NCBI GenBank assembly: GCA_036785375.1
Contig: JAWMAR010000024.1
Coordinates: forward strand, 5,518,001 to 5,582,000
Source: Leucoraja ocellata
Lineage: Eukaryota
Direction of reading: 5' to 3'
DNA: 64,000 bases
The translations under genes and the position numbers were made by a program. The notes under the pieces are model-generated. The model was not told the DNA's origin, did no database searches, and saw only the letters and a list, made by a program, of their open reading frames with translations. This document shows, in pieces, positions 13,142 to 26,816 of the stretch; within the stretch, counting starts at the first letter, position 1; the number at the start of each line of letters is the position of its first letter.

Positions 13142-13599
13142 GTGGAGTGTTAATGGCTATTTAAGATGCTACCCAAAAAATTCATAATAAAAGCTCTATT
13201 ATCTGGTTACATTTGCATTGTAGTCGTGGAACTTGCTAAGCACAAACTGGTTGCCTCATTTTCTACATCACAAATTGATTCTGTAATACGCTTTGGTTCC
13301 TGATATCGTAAATGACAAACATAAGATACATCTCTTATAATACATGATTTTTTTTGGCCTGTATGAGTCAACAACTCCCTTTTAGTATTTTGCCATAGGT
13401 TTAAATCGACATGGATAGAATAATAAGTATGTTGGGAAACTGTATTTGTATTGGTAAACTGAGGGATGCATTTTAGCATTCAGTTTTATTTGATCTAGAT
13501 TGCAGTTTATGCGAAAGAAATGAATAATCAAATTGTATTTGCAATTTTTGTAAAGGAATTCAGAATAAATTAACACTTTCAAATATTTACCTTTTCCTC

Positions 13600-15080
13600 T
13601 GGAGAACACCAGCATGCTTCAACATTTTTATTGCTGAGCGTGAAATATCTCCATTGAAAGTAAGTTTGGGGAAGTGCAGCAGAGTAGCTGATTAACTTGC
13701 ACACAGCAACATTTGGGATGTATGCAGGAGACTAATCAACTGTTTGCTTTAGGTCACCTTTGTTTTTGGTCCTACCAAATTTATTGAGGCAACCACATGA
13801 TTTGGGGGGGGGGGGGGGGGGGGGTCTTGTTTAAATAATTTCACTGGAATTTAAACTGACAATAAAGATTCAGCAATGTCAACAAATCTGAAAAAGTAGA
13901 TTTAAAATACTCCTTAAAATATCCTAAATGCATTTTTTTAATTCAATTTTGCAAGTAGGACATAAAGGTAGAAGCCAAATGTTTGATTTGAACTTTATAA
14001 ATGAATTCAATACAGTACCTCAACTAAGCTGGGTAAATGCACGTTACAACTTAAAAAAAAATCCCATGTATGTTATTCAACATGAAACTCTTTAAGAATC
14101 CTAATTTTATGGAAAATTACATTAATGCGTTAAGAAATAAAAGAGTTATCCCTGACAGACACTTAATTTTATGACTGCTACGCGAGTTGCTAAGTGGGTA
14201 TAACAGAGAGGAATCCCAATCAAAACATCTTCAGCACTGCTCCCAAAGTGACCCAATCAGACAATTGCCCACCCGATTAACTATTAACCATTCTCAATGC
14301 AATTAAATAATGAAAACCACTGATGACCATTAATTAAGAAAAGGGCATCCTAATTGTCAGTGGACTGAGTATTTAATGATTAATAGATTTTTTTTAAAGG
14401 GTGGATTGGGCGGTTGTAGAGGTGGGAGCATAGAAAGCAAAAAAGGATAGAAAAACTGAAAGAAAAAGAGGGATGGTGACAACAGTTGCCTTATCAAGTG
14501 GTTAGTTAAGAGGCCAGAGGGTCATTGAAGGGCCACAGTGGTCACTCCAGGGTGAAGTACCAAACACCAAAGCGATGCCAACCCAAATTGACCAGCAGCG
14601 AGTGAATAAGACAAAATATGCTAATTTATTTGTGCTGCATTCCCTTGTATAAGCTGAAATAGCCAAGACAAGTGGCCTGCTTAAATGCTTTCCACTTGAC
14701 AGGAGATTAAATAATATGGTTTGTCAGGGCTGCCCACTTATTTTATCTCCAGTGAAGACTCTACACAAGGACTAGAGAAGAAATAATTATCACATCACAA
14801 AAAGCCACTCCTCAAATACGCACTCACCTTTTCATGCTTAGTTAATTAATACTTCAGCCTTAATTGGTTAACAGTTGTATGCATTTGCTATTTAGTAACA
14901 GAGGAAAGAGGGAATGGATTCATTTCACTCCTAACACGTCAGGATTACAAACACTACAAATATCTTGGATCACTGCTGAAGTTTGAATCCGGTAGAACAG
15001 GAGAATTAACCTCTATAATCATTTTTTAAATATTCCCAGGCCAGCCACATTTAGGTTAATAATACGGAGGAAAATAATTG
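13600..15080. promoter_or_regulatory. Candidate PAX6 long-range enhancer block
   Basis: Repeat-free; clustered TGACA, TAAT/ATTA and GGATTA motifs plus a TTCACGC paired-domain core; lies in ELP4 intron 9. Confidence 0.55.
13804..13825 (+). repeat. Poly-G run (22 nt)
   Basis: Homopolymer. Confidence 0.95.
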
Positions 15081-15741
15081 TAGCGGCATTTACAGCAGAA
15101 AATATGTTCACAGTATATTATGTCTGTTATCATTCAGCTCACAATGCATGTTAAACTATTTTCTAAAAACGAATGTAGACATGAGGAATTGCAGATGCTG
15201 CTTTACAAAAAAAGACACAAAGTGCTGGTGTAATGCCCTAGTTAATGCAAGCATGTGATCAGTAGTAGGAATTTGTAAATATTAACATTACTACATTGAG
15301 ATTTCTATTATTTTCGTTCAATACAACATATGCTAGGTATTGCAAATGATTAATAGCAAAAATTATTAATGATGCCAGACTGTATTTTGTTGCAAAGATA
15401 TTTTAATTCAGATCTACAGCAAAGAGATGGAATAAAGTACCATCCAATCTAAGCAATTAATTTGACAAATGACCCGCAGACATATAATAGTGCACATCCT
15501 TGCCTTAGTTTATTCACAAGAGTTACAGAAAAATTCTTGACCCACAAACTGAAAGTGTAGCAAAGAGTTCTTTGCCCTCCCCCACCCCAAACGCTTCTTC
15601 CTTTTGAGAAGATAATAGCTTCTATGAAAAATAACTTTCTGCACAGTCAAATGTAAGACATAGCTCATTTTGTTATTAACTTGCAAAACAACTTATTCTT
15701 TGGTAGATTTATAAAATAAAGTAAACCTCAGTGTTTCCTAC

Positions 15742-15848
15742 CTCAATAGTGAACAATTTTCGTTTCAATTTGAATGCAAGATCCTTTGTATCAGGCACAT
15801 CAGAGATTAAACAATTAAGCCGAGGAAGCTGACGAACATGGAATAAAC
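15742..15848 (-). CDS. ELP4: ELP4 coding exon 9, 107 nt, phase 1-0
   Basis: (G)[35 protein letters not shown]; [14 protein letters not shown] is an ELP4 motif; acceptor ttttccttaAG, donor GTAGGA. Confidence 0.97.
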
Positions 15849-16873
15849 CTTAAGGAAAATTTAAATTAAGAAAAAACATGCTATCATGCAGCTGCATAAA
15901 TTAAACAAGCTGATAGCAGAACTCTCCACAATTACATTCCTCACTGTCCCTTTTTAAACCAGGGATCGCCATCAGAAGCAATGAAGCAAGCAGTGTGATT
16001 ATGCCCAAGTAATCAAGCAGAATAAGATAAACAAAAATCCTTGTTCAAGTAAAACTAATTATATTTAGGTACAGATATGACATCCACAAAAAGAATTCTG
16101 ACGGTTGTCAAAACGGAGGCCCATTTGTGATATTTTCTCTTATATTTACAGTAAGCAAATGTGGCTATCACCTTGCTTGCTGCCCAAAAGCATTGCTGAA
16201 TGATCTTTATTTTATTAAATGCACCAGTAAGCAGCCACAAAAACATGGCTTATGGGTTGGAAACCTTGACTGACTGCAGCTTTTATAAATTAAATGTATT
16301 TTGAGGCTTCAGCCATTGACAAATTGTCACATGTTGTTGTGGTAAATAGCCCTTAAAAGGGGCACAAAATTCAGAATGGATGTGTAAAATAAATGAATAT
16401 TTGGAAATGAAGCTCATTTATGACCGTTAGGAACTGGTGTATACATGAGGTCTGCTTTTAGCTTCGAGCGGTGTGAGCTCAAATCTAAGCTGATCTTTTG
16501 TGACAGGAACATTGGCTGAGTTGGTGCAGTCTAGTCATGGTTAAGGGAATTGGTAAGCTCACTGGCCGAGTGGCTGCCTGGCTTCCTCTGCGTGAGTATT
16601 CCCAAAAGCCTGCCTACAATGATGCACATCTGATTGAGCACTGTCTTGGTAATTTGGCTTGACAACATGCGAGTAGTTGCCATGTTACTTTCACAGTCCT
16701 AATGCACAGTAAAAGATAAACAGTCTGACCAATAGATTGCTACATTGGGAGACAGTCAAAATGCAGATTCTGAAATGAAATCAATTACTACCTTATGGCA
16801 GACAAACTAATTAAAGAGCAAACTGTTAAATATCTATAAATCACTTGGGTACTTTGGACACAATTAGACTTAC

Positions 16874-16982
16874 CATGATAGTCCTTGTAGATTGGATTGG
16901 TTTCTCTCTCAGAAGCATTAAATGATTCAAGACCAATCACCGTATCTGATAATTTTACCACACGGCCTATAACTGCTTTGTT
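16874..16982 (-). CDS. ELP4: ELP4 coding exon 8, 109 nt, phase 0-1
   Basis: [36 protein letters not shown](G) (inside ORF 16788..17090); acceptor tatcctctacAG, donor GTAAGT. Confidence 0.97.
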
Positions 16983-19900
16983 CTGTAGAGGATAGAAGAA
17001 AATAGATTTAAAGAATTTAAAAAAAGGAGAAGAACAGAATAAGTTGAGGCTAACCCCATAAATAAATAAAGGTAACTTAAAGCTTATCAATGATTAGATA
17101 GTTCCCGAATTCATCTTTGTTAAGATTAAAATTTTAGTGGTAAAAATATTTTAGTTACAAATACATAGTATGTTGATTTATGTGAAGTAATGAAATTAAG
17201 TGAATACGTAGTTATTATTTGACACTTAAATATTTCAATTGCATTAAAAGTCACATTACTGCTGTTAGTTTTTTTTTCACTGTTAGCTTCCATTGAGTAG
17301 ATTTTATGGACAGCATAATGCTTTCTTTCATGCCAATTCATCTGTTATACACCAATTGTAAATGGAAAACAGCTTCAAAGCTGCAAAGTCATTGCCCTTC
17401 AATGCATCGTTTCTTGGTGCATTTTAATAAAAGAAAACACAAAGCGTACAAAGTGTCCTGCATTAAATTATTACTGTTTAGGATGGATTGCTATTGCTAA
17501 TCTATCTCTAAAGATCTTCATGTTCATGTAAAATTATCTCTCCTGTAATGCTACGTATTAGGAAGAAAATGTACAAATAATTGCAGGCTCTACGAAAGCT
17601 GACATCTTAAAATATAACTTAATTTCGCAGGATTCGTTTCTTGTTTTGTTTCTTACTGTGTCCTTTTTGTTTTATGCCGTGCCTGCCTTTTATCTATTAA
17701 GACAAGACCACATTTTAGGCTACTTTATATTATTTCGGTTTTTACGAAACGTTTCCCATTTCTTATACTATTTCCATTTAAGTTGTTTGAGTCTTGGCTC
17801 CTATTTTTTTTTTTATTGTTTCAGCATGATTTGATTTTATACACTGGACTTTTGAGTTGCTGTTGGCTCAGGTTGGGGGAAGTAGGGAAATAAGAGAACT
17901 AACTGGACATGGTATTGCTGAGGCTGGGCTGGAGGCAGCAGTGCTGGCAACCAGTACTGAGGTGCCTCATGTGCAAAATATATTGGTAGGCAAGGCCCAG
18001 CTGAAGGGTGAGAGCTCCAGGAATACAGCAGAAGGCAAGCTTAAGGTCCCCGAGAGAGGGAAGGCCTGCACAGGAAAAAGCTGTTGGAGGTATTGAAAGA
18101 TTATGCATTGAGTTGATTAACAAAAAGACCAAGGCTATCATGGTTAAAGAAGATAATTTAAAGTATAATTTAGGGTCATATTGTCAACACGAGAACATTA
18201 AAAGGAGGTATGCACAAAACTATTTCATTTATATAGGTGATCGAAAAAACGAAAAAAAGGAAAATAACATCTGCTTTATTCAATATAAAGAGATTCACAC
18301 AGCCAATAATTTTTCAAGGTTTTAAATTGTCTGCAGATAAATGATTCTTGGTTATAAAATGGGTTTAGCTAATTTTTCTGTTATATAATCATCTAGTACT
18401 TTGTAACGGAAATCACAATGTTTTCAATGCACATTCCTGATATAATATTGGCACATACAACATTTTGTTAGTCATGAATTATAGTATTTGACATAATCCA
18501 GTGCTGCAACTACATTAAGCTGTAAAGCTGTACAAATGGACATCATTTACAAAGATAGCTTAAAGCTGGATGTGCATTATGATGGGAGATAAGACATGTA
18601 CATTGATAAGTCAATTTGTAAAATAATCAACTTGCAATACATGTAATTCTACTCACTTAATCACCATTTTGTATTACCAGAAAATACCTTACTATCCTGA
18701 TTAATAAGTTCATGCCCAAAGGCAGTGTTACATCGCCTTTTAAGAGAACATAGTTTACCCTTTATTCTGGTTTATATTAAGAGAGATCAAAAATTATTGA
18801 GGGATATCATATGTTCCAAAATAAAGTAATTGTTTGGAAGGCTAGTCAAAATTATGCAGTTGTTTTTCTTTAGGGAAAAAAAATTCTAACGTGCTCTAAT
18901 GTACTTAGGTGAAAGCAGAGTTAGCAATAAATGACAATATTCAGGGTGTTGCACAAGCATTGAAAATAAATAAAACTTTATACTTTGGTGTTAAAAAAAA
19001 TCTATAGTTTACACAAATGATTCATAATTCAAAAGTCAATAGAGAAAACCCCCCCATAATAAATCTGTGAATCCTATGACACTCTTCAGATTGTAGGTAC
19101 CGAGGTGATTTACAGTCTTACAATCACAGTGCCAATATTATGCACCATCAACATTCTATTTATTCAGTAGAAGAATATTTGTCATCAATAAATCTCTGAC
19201 TTGATAACCAATTATGATAAAAGATACAATTCATTTTCTGGGTTCATATTGTCAAAATCTCCCAACTGAATTAATTGGTTGAGTCTTTTCACATTTCCCA
19301 CTTTTGCAACGATGATTAGCGATTTTTTATTGTCAGTCTATGCTTGGGCTGTGGAAAAGTTCCTCCATAAATAATGTTATCAAACTATGTGAAATGACTT
19401 AACATGAAGATAGTCGATGATGCCATCTTCAATTTAATGTCATCAATTCCCCGTGTTATCAAGATCTAAGTGAATGTACAGAAAATTACCATCAAGATGG
19501 TACCATCAGTGTATAACTCTAAATGGACCATGGGTCAATAAACAGACAAATCAATTATTTAAACCTTGTAAACTCAAGACTGTTAAAACAAAACAGGGTG
19601 AGATGAAAATATTCAGACTAACGTAAGCAAGTAAATACACAAAAGCTGTTCAAAATTTAGGAGGCAATAAAAACAGCTGACTCCTGTAATGAAGGTGCTG
19701 GCTACAGATACTGAAACTTCCAAATGAGCTTATACTAATCCTGTACCAAGTGTTCGCACGTTGATGGGAGAAAAATTATAGCCTGTCATCAGAAGCAGAC
19801 AGGCAGGCCTCGGTCCAGATGGGAGACTGGCTGGAAGAGGGGGCAGGTGGGAAGAATGATGGGAATGTGCTGGTATACAGAAGACTACTCCCTCTGCTGG

Positions 19901-22900
19901 CCAGATTGTCACCTGTTATGATTTGAGCAGCCTTGTGTACACTGACATGAGTAATATTAGTATTCTACGATTCTTTAAATAATATTCTGCACTGCCCATC
20001 CCCCTCCCAGTCTGAAGGAATTAAAAAAAAAATATTTCCTTTAGGCTTTCAGATAAAAACAGCCCTTTACTGTAGTGGAAACATCCACTTCACTCCTTCA
20101 ATCAAGCTAACATTTAAGTCAATGTTCTGTTTCTAGGGATTAATTACCAGCAATATGTGAAATGATAAAGTTGCTATTAATTAAGTTAAAAAGGGCATTA
20201 ATACCACCGTGATGCTCATTCACTACTTTCTAAATAAATCATTTCATCTCTGCACAAGAATTCTTTAAGTAATATGTTATTATCCACAATGATTTATACC
20301 AATTCAGTGATGAGCATGATAATTAAGACATCCAAGTCAGCCGAATGTGAAAACTAATAATACACAGATGTGACAGTAATGCAAGTTTTCTGTATTTTGA
20401 TGGATACAAAGAGCATATTGGACACAGGAAAAATACAAGTGAGTGCTCTTAATTACAGCTACAATGAAGCATTTCTTTGATTTTTGTTCCCAGAAGCAGC
20501 CTTTTTCTTTGCCCCCTCCTTTGCTTGCCAGGTTATTAGGGCTACCAGTGCCTTCTGTTACAGGATCTAACTGCACTTCTGTTTCATGAGATTTTGGCCT
20601 TAAACCAGCATCTCCCAGAGCAGGAGGGATCAGCTTTTTCCCCACTGTTTTCATATAAAGCCTGGCTTCAAAGTTACTCCAGCTCCTTGCTTTCCAGAAG
20701 GTTCCATCCCAGGAACTCTCGCCTGCCATTTGGTTTGCTTTCTCATCTCAAAGGAATTGGCTTGCAGTGTTTCCCGATGTTGAACTGGCATTTGCTCTAT
20801 GGAGTGAGTTATTATTAAACTTTTAGGTCAATTGTGGCACTAACAACTCTTCAGAAGCTTTCAGACACACAGTACAATTTGCCTGCTAATTAAATATTAA
20901 TATAAAGTGGTGCATTTGTAGATAAGAGCTTTCAGGCTCTTTCTTCTCTTTCAGATGGGGGAGAAACGTTCTAAAGCACATTTCAAGAGTTCTATATTGC
21001 AATACACACTTCAGCCTGTGAAAAAAGCCACATGCTTGTGCAGTAAAAATACTAAAATGAAAGTTAAAAATGGAAACAGGCAAAACAAAGAAAATAGAAT
21101 TTTCATCCTGCTCCTATCTATCAGGACTTTCAATTCATGGATAAGCAAATATCCAGTAGAAACAAAATTTGTATGTCCATATTATGTTGTATAATGATGA
21201 CACGGACAAGACACAATCAACAAACCTAATACTTGAAAGTCAGTGCCATATGTATACAATTTCATATACATGCATTTTGGCTGCGTTTCTAAATGGGGCA
21301 AATCCAGAGGTTGTTTTGTCCCCTTTGTTCTGAATAGTTTACCAATGACCGAGATTCTGTGTAATTACCGACTGTAGAGTATGGAAGCCAAAGATTCCAT
21401 ATGCCTGAACAGATGACTATTCCCACACCATGATGAGAAGTTGACTGACTCAGGCTTACATCATTTAGTTGTGGACCTTAAAACACCAGGCCTTGTTCCC
21501 AGATATGTTTTGTCCAACTCTATTTCACTTATGTATATTTAGACAAATTAATTGGATGATGTTGCACAACTAAGTTTAATCCCGGGGAATCTTTTACAGG
21601 TGCTTCTAAAAATGTCTGCACTTTTAACATTGTGGAAATTTCAAAGAATTAATAAATGACTGAATAATAGTAACACAATATCTAGTGAGCATAATGTTGT
21701 TGCATTTACTTGATCCGCATGTTACTTCAGAATAAATAATATTAAATAAACATGGGTTGAAATCAGTCCCAGACACTTGCAATCTGACTCTGACCCCATT
21801 CGGATAAGTAATTCCATTCAAAACTGCTGCTGTCAGTTCTATGGGCACCCATCAGGTTCCAAAAGAGAGTTGAATATGGAATCTATATCTCTCTCAACAC
21901 TTTGAAGTAAGTACTTGAATGAACAATCCTATACTTCATGTTATGCGAATTCTCTTTGTGTACCAGATATAGATGCTTAGTCTTGTAACCAGCAATAAAG
22001 AAAGCTATCTGTTGAAAGGGTATACTTATTTTAACTAATTTCCCATTTATATTCAAGTAACGTTCCATGACAAATAATGTTGACACTGATAGCGCCTTCC
22101 CTACATGTTTTCTTTTTTCTGTCATAATCATTGCAAAGGAAATAAAACAGTATGCTAGATGTACGGTTATGAGATCCCACACTGTCTCCAATGATTGGAG
22201 AATTAGCAGCACGTGATGTTGTTTGAAGCTGTGGCAGAGCAGGAGCAGCAGGGGAGCTCTCTACTTTCCAATAAAAAGGCAAGTTTCTGAGGAATCGTTC
22301 TTCTTTTCATCATTTGTGGAACTGAAGAAAACAAAGTTGTTCAACAATGTGAACAGCTGCTATTATTAAACTAAAAGTCCACCAGTGCTTGAGACTGAGA
22401 GGCCCACATGTTCAGCTGTCCTCTCATCTTGCCATCCTATCCAATTAACTATTAACATGGAGGGCTTTACACATGCTCTCAGGGACTCTTTAACAGGCTT
22501 CTTGGAGAGTTAAACAACTGCACAGCAGGGACTCTGGGAACTGAGTAGCACTGACTGCATGAAAATTCTTGCCAGCTTCACTCCACTTAATGACAGCTCA
22601 CTCTGCAGTTTAGTGTTTGATTGAGACGGTCAGAAAATTTAACCATTTTTTACAAAACAGGTCTGCCTATCAGAAACTTCTGCTTGTAAAACTAAACACA
22701 GTAATTCTTAACAAATACATCTGCCCTTTCAAAACATTGATACAACAGTGGAATGCAGAAATAGTTATTTTTACTGAGGCTAATAATGTATCTACATTTA
22801 CAGCAACATTAACAGCTGTCCATGCAACCAATAGTGAGCACAGCTGGAGTCTGAAGTATTCAATTTTTGGTGCATTTAAATTAGCTTAACGTTTATGGAT

Positions 22901-23966
22901 TATTTGATGTAGAATGTTCCTGCAACCATCGTATTTTCAAAAGTAAATTTGAATGCCCATCAACAGTCCCTTTATATGGATTTGATTTGGTTATTCACTC
23001 TTGTAGTTTCTTGATTTGTTACAAATTTCTCCAAGTAACCAGGACATCAATTTCTCACTGACTTTGCCAATACAGGTAGTCACTTTGACAATACTTTGAA
23101 TTCTTGACTTTTTTTTTAAAAGGAACTTGATAATTTGCAGATAGAATAAAACTCCTTAAAGAACTCATTAAATGTTCACAATATTTGCTTGGCATGTCTC
23201 CAATATGTCTTTTCCCTTCATAAGGAACATTAGAGCACTTCCTCTGAATTTCTAAGAAACCCCATGAGAACCAAAACAGTTCAACGTCTTAGGATTAGTG
23301 CAGTCACTGCCACTCAAACAGTAGTATCAACTGAATCTTAAGTGAATCGAAGTTAATTTTAGAGAGGATTGGAACACAACTTAGAAACTACCAAATAACA
23401 CCGTCCAATTCCGATGTACTTTATTTGTGTATATATATATTAAGCTAAGCAGCCATCAAGTTAAGGTGTTTTTTACTTTAATTACTAATTATTTTGTACA
23501 GATTTTGAGCATACATCATAATGAAAGGCCAGGGCAGGTTGTAAAATATTAGAAAGTGTAATGCCAAAATAGTTGGCAATTACCCTTGTAAGCCATTGAA
23601 GGCTTCCAGTCTCTGCTAAGGTTTCTCTTGACTGCACTCTTGACATTGGCCACAGGGTCCAGCAGTGGAGCGTAACCTTGAGGCTATAGCCTCGTGGCGA
23701 TGCTGGGAAATCTGCTTAATAAACCTGAAGCAGGAACAGCCCATTAATTCCAATGAAGAAGAATGGCCGATGAGAACCAGGATTTTAATACATTTTTCTA
23801 CTTCTTATTAATTGGATTTTTGTGCTCTTGTTAATTGTATTTTATTGTTTTTTTCCCCCCAGTGTTTGAGGGTGTTCAGATTCTTTAAAGCTCTTGACAT
23901 GTTTCATAGTCATCAAAGACTTGGGACATCGTTTAGCTGACTTGCAATGTTTTTCAATTATTTTGA

Positions 23967-24132
23967 GAGCATCTCTGGAGAAAATGGACAGGTGACGTTT
24001 TGGGTCAGAGTCTGAAGAAGGATCCCAACCTGACACGTCACCTATCCATTTTCTCCAGAGACACTGCTTGACCCACATAGTTACTCCAGTATTTTGTGTC
24101 TGTCTTTGGTATGAACCAGCATCTGCAGTTTC
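23967..24132. mobile_element. Short Penelope-terminus-derived element with inverted partial copy
   Basis: Minus-strand fragment 23967-24008 joined to plus-strand ctgaagaagg...ccagcatctgcag. Confidence 0.8.
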
Positions 24133-25149
24133 TTTTTATTACAGAACCATTTTCTTGGAATGCACAAGAATAGACAACAGTGAATGAAAATCAAATTCAA
24201 TATTTTGTCTTTCATCAGAAATGATCTGCTGAATATTTTCAAAGTTTTGTTTTTATTTCGGATTCCTAACATCTGCAATGTTTTGCTTTTGGATTACGGA
24301 ATAGGCAGAAATTGTTCACAGATCATGCTGTCTATCCAAGAAAATAGTTGTTGCATTGTTGCTGGAAAAAATAGCTCTGTGAAGCGGACTACATTTATAT
24401 AAACAATTCAATCAATCGAAAATAATCATTTAATCATTTCAGGTAGAGTTCATGACTTGTTGCATGCGTGTGTGTGTGTGCGTGTGCCTGTGTCTGTGTC
24501 TATGTGTGTGTGTCTGGCATTTAGGTCCCGTTTCCTGCTTCACCATTCAATAAATTAGGGTTGATCTTTTATGTCATTGACATTTTCCCATTCTAAATTT
24601 GTACCTCTTGATTCCTTTAATGTTAAACAAATATACTAATCTTTTCCCAGGGTATACTGGATTACTGAGCCTCCACAATCCTCATGGTTTTTTTTTTTCC
24701 TTTGAAGAAATTTCTCATTCATGTTATGACTGCCCTGTAAATTTGAAACCTTGGCCATTCCATCTACCCTATCCAAAGAAATGTAATTCCAACCTTGCAA
24801 ACCAAACTCCTCCTAAAGCCTTTTACCCAGATACAGACTGCACTTCAATGTAAATTCCAATCATCCATCCCAATAAATTTTCAAATATGTAAACTTCTTT
24901 AAAAAAAAATAACAGTGAAACAATGGAAATATACCAAAATAAAGGCAGAAACAGAAACTGTGCTTTCTTGAACAAATCTAAAACTGTCACCTCTTGGTAT
25001 ATGTTAGAAGATTATGAAATAAAAATCACTAATTTGCTGAGTTATTTCCTAGCGTGGCAGACGTAAACTATTTAGAGTTCTATTTGCTGAAGAGAAAAAA
25101 AGAATACATCACAAAGTATTTCTCCTTAACTGGGTTTATGATTACTGCT

Positions 25150-25755
25150 TAAATGGGTTGGTTTGCTTGTTTGCAGAAGAAACAAAAATTGGAATTGTGG
25201 ACAATGAAGAAGGCAGTCAAAGGATACAGCAGAATATAGATCAGTTAAAGATATGGGGGGGGGACACACAGAATGGTAGATATAGTTCAAGTACAGGCAA
25301 GTATGAGATGTTGCACTTTGTGAGGTCAGATGTAAAAGGAAAGTATACAGTTGATAGCAGGACCCTTAACAGCACTGACTGTGACAGGGATCTTGGGGTC
25401 TAAGTCCATAATAGCTTCCTAAATGTAGCAACACAAGTAGATGGAGTGGAAAAGAAGGCGTACAGTATCATCGGTAGGGGCATTGAGTTTAAAGTCAGGA
25501 AGTCATAATGCAATGAGAACTTTATACATCTGTGGTTAAGCTGTATTTGGATTGTCTGCAGTTCTGGCCGATCCTTTACAGGGAGGATGTGGAGGCATTG
25601 GAGAGGGTGCAGGAGAAGTTTACCAGAATGCTGCCTGGATTTGAAGGTATTAGCTCTAAGGAGGGATTGGACAATCTTGGATTGTTTTCTCTGGAACATC
25701 AGAGGCTGAACGGAGACCTAATATAAACGTATAAAATTATGAGAGCCAAAAGACA
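25150..25755 (+). mobile_element. CR1/HER1-like LINE fragment
   Basis: LFAEETKIG, QFWPILYREDVEALERVQEKFTRMLPG. Confidence 0.9.
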
Positions 25756-26816
25756 AGGTAGTATTATATGTAATTATCTCATTGTTTCATAAAAATTCTG
25801 GTGGATAACTGGAAAGTGATGATAATGAAACTTCCATTGAATGTCAAAGAGTATCACATTAGCCCTATTATAAATTCCAGTAAATTCTGCAATTGAACAA
25901 AGACTCATTCACTGCTCGGAAATAGTTTATGAACATTGGTAATTGATAATGCAAAAAAATAGAAAATCTCCCAAGTCATAGTTGTTGTTTTACAGTGAAA
26001 GAAATGTGAACCCAGAGGCTGACTTGAAGACTGTTGTGAAGTGCAGTGCCGCAAGGAAATACATCACCTTATTGCTAATGTCACATTAATAGATGGCATG
26101 TTATTTTACGGAAAAGACTTCAATCTGAAGTCTTGTCCTTTACAAATGCACCGCTGATTTAATACATTCAGAAGCAGACATGAATTGAAAATGACATTGT
26201 TAAATATTATTGGAGAATATTCTCAGAACCTCATTTTAATTCAGACATGTTTTGAATAATCTTCATATTAGTGTTAACAGATGAAAATGATGAGTTCTGG
26301 CTTCTGAGTTTAAGTTTATGTAAGGGTAATTGGTTAAAATGTTAGCTACACCAGGCACAGGTCTCAATTCTCGCCAAAAATTTCCAGAATGCTATGGAGG
26401 CAAGCATCTATAGGGGAAAAAGTAGATTATCCCAGAAAGTTACAGAACGTAGCTGCTTATAACTGCACCGAGGCAAAGCAACAATAGCATCCCGAAATAA
26501 GTGTGGAAGGAACATGAACTGTATAAATATTAACATTCATATTTGGTATTTGCCAAATGGTTCTTTGAGCACCAATCAGCATCTGGGATGTCAGCATTAA
26601 TTCTTGATCAGTAAGGGTGTCAGGGGTTACGGGGCAAAGGCAGTAGAACAGGGTTGTGAGGGAAAGATTGAATGGTGGAGTAGACTTGATTGGCCGAATA
26701 GCCTTATGAACATTGGTAAAAAGGATGAAATGGTAAACCGCAACTGTGACTCTTGACATGAGAGAACATAGAACAGTACAACACAGGAACAGGCCAAACA
26801 TGATGCCAAGTTAAAC

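Larger units (their letters stand above)
1..15741 (-). other. ELP4: 5' part of the large last intron (intron 9) of ELP4
   Basis: Follows the exon 9 donor; the canonical last exon (RLHLPP...) was not found in the window. Confidence 0.85.

Noticed and set aside
13804-13825. G22 run as a functional G-quadruplex
   Set aside because: Homopolymer length is unreliable, similar runs occur elsewhere in the window, and there is no independent support.
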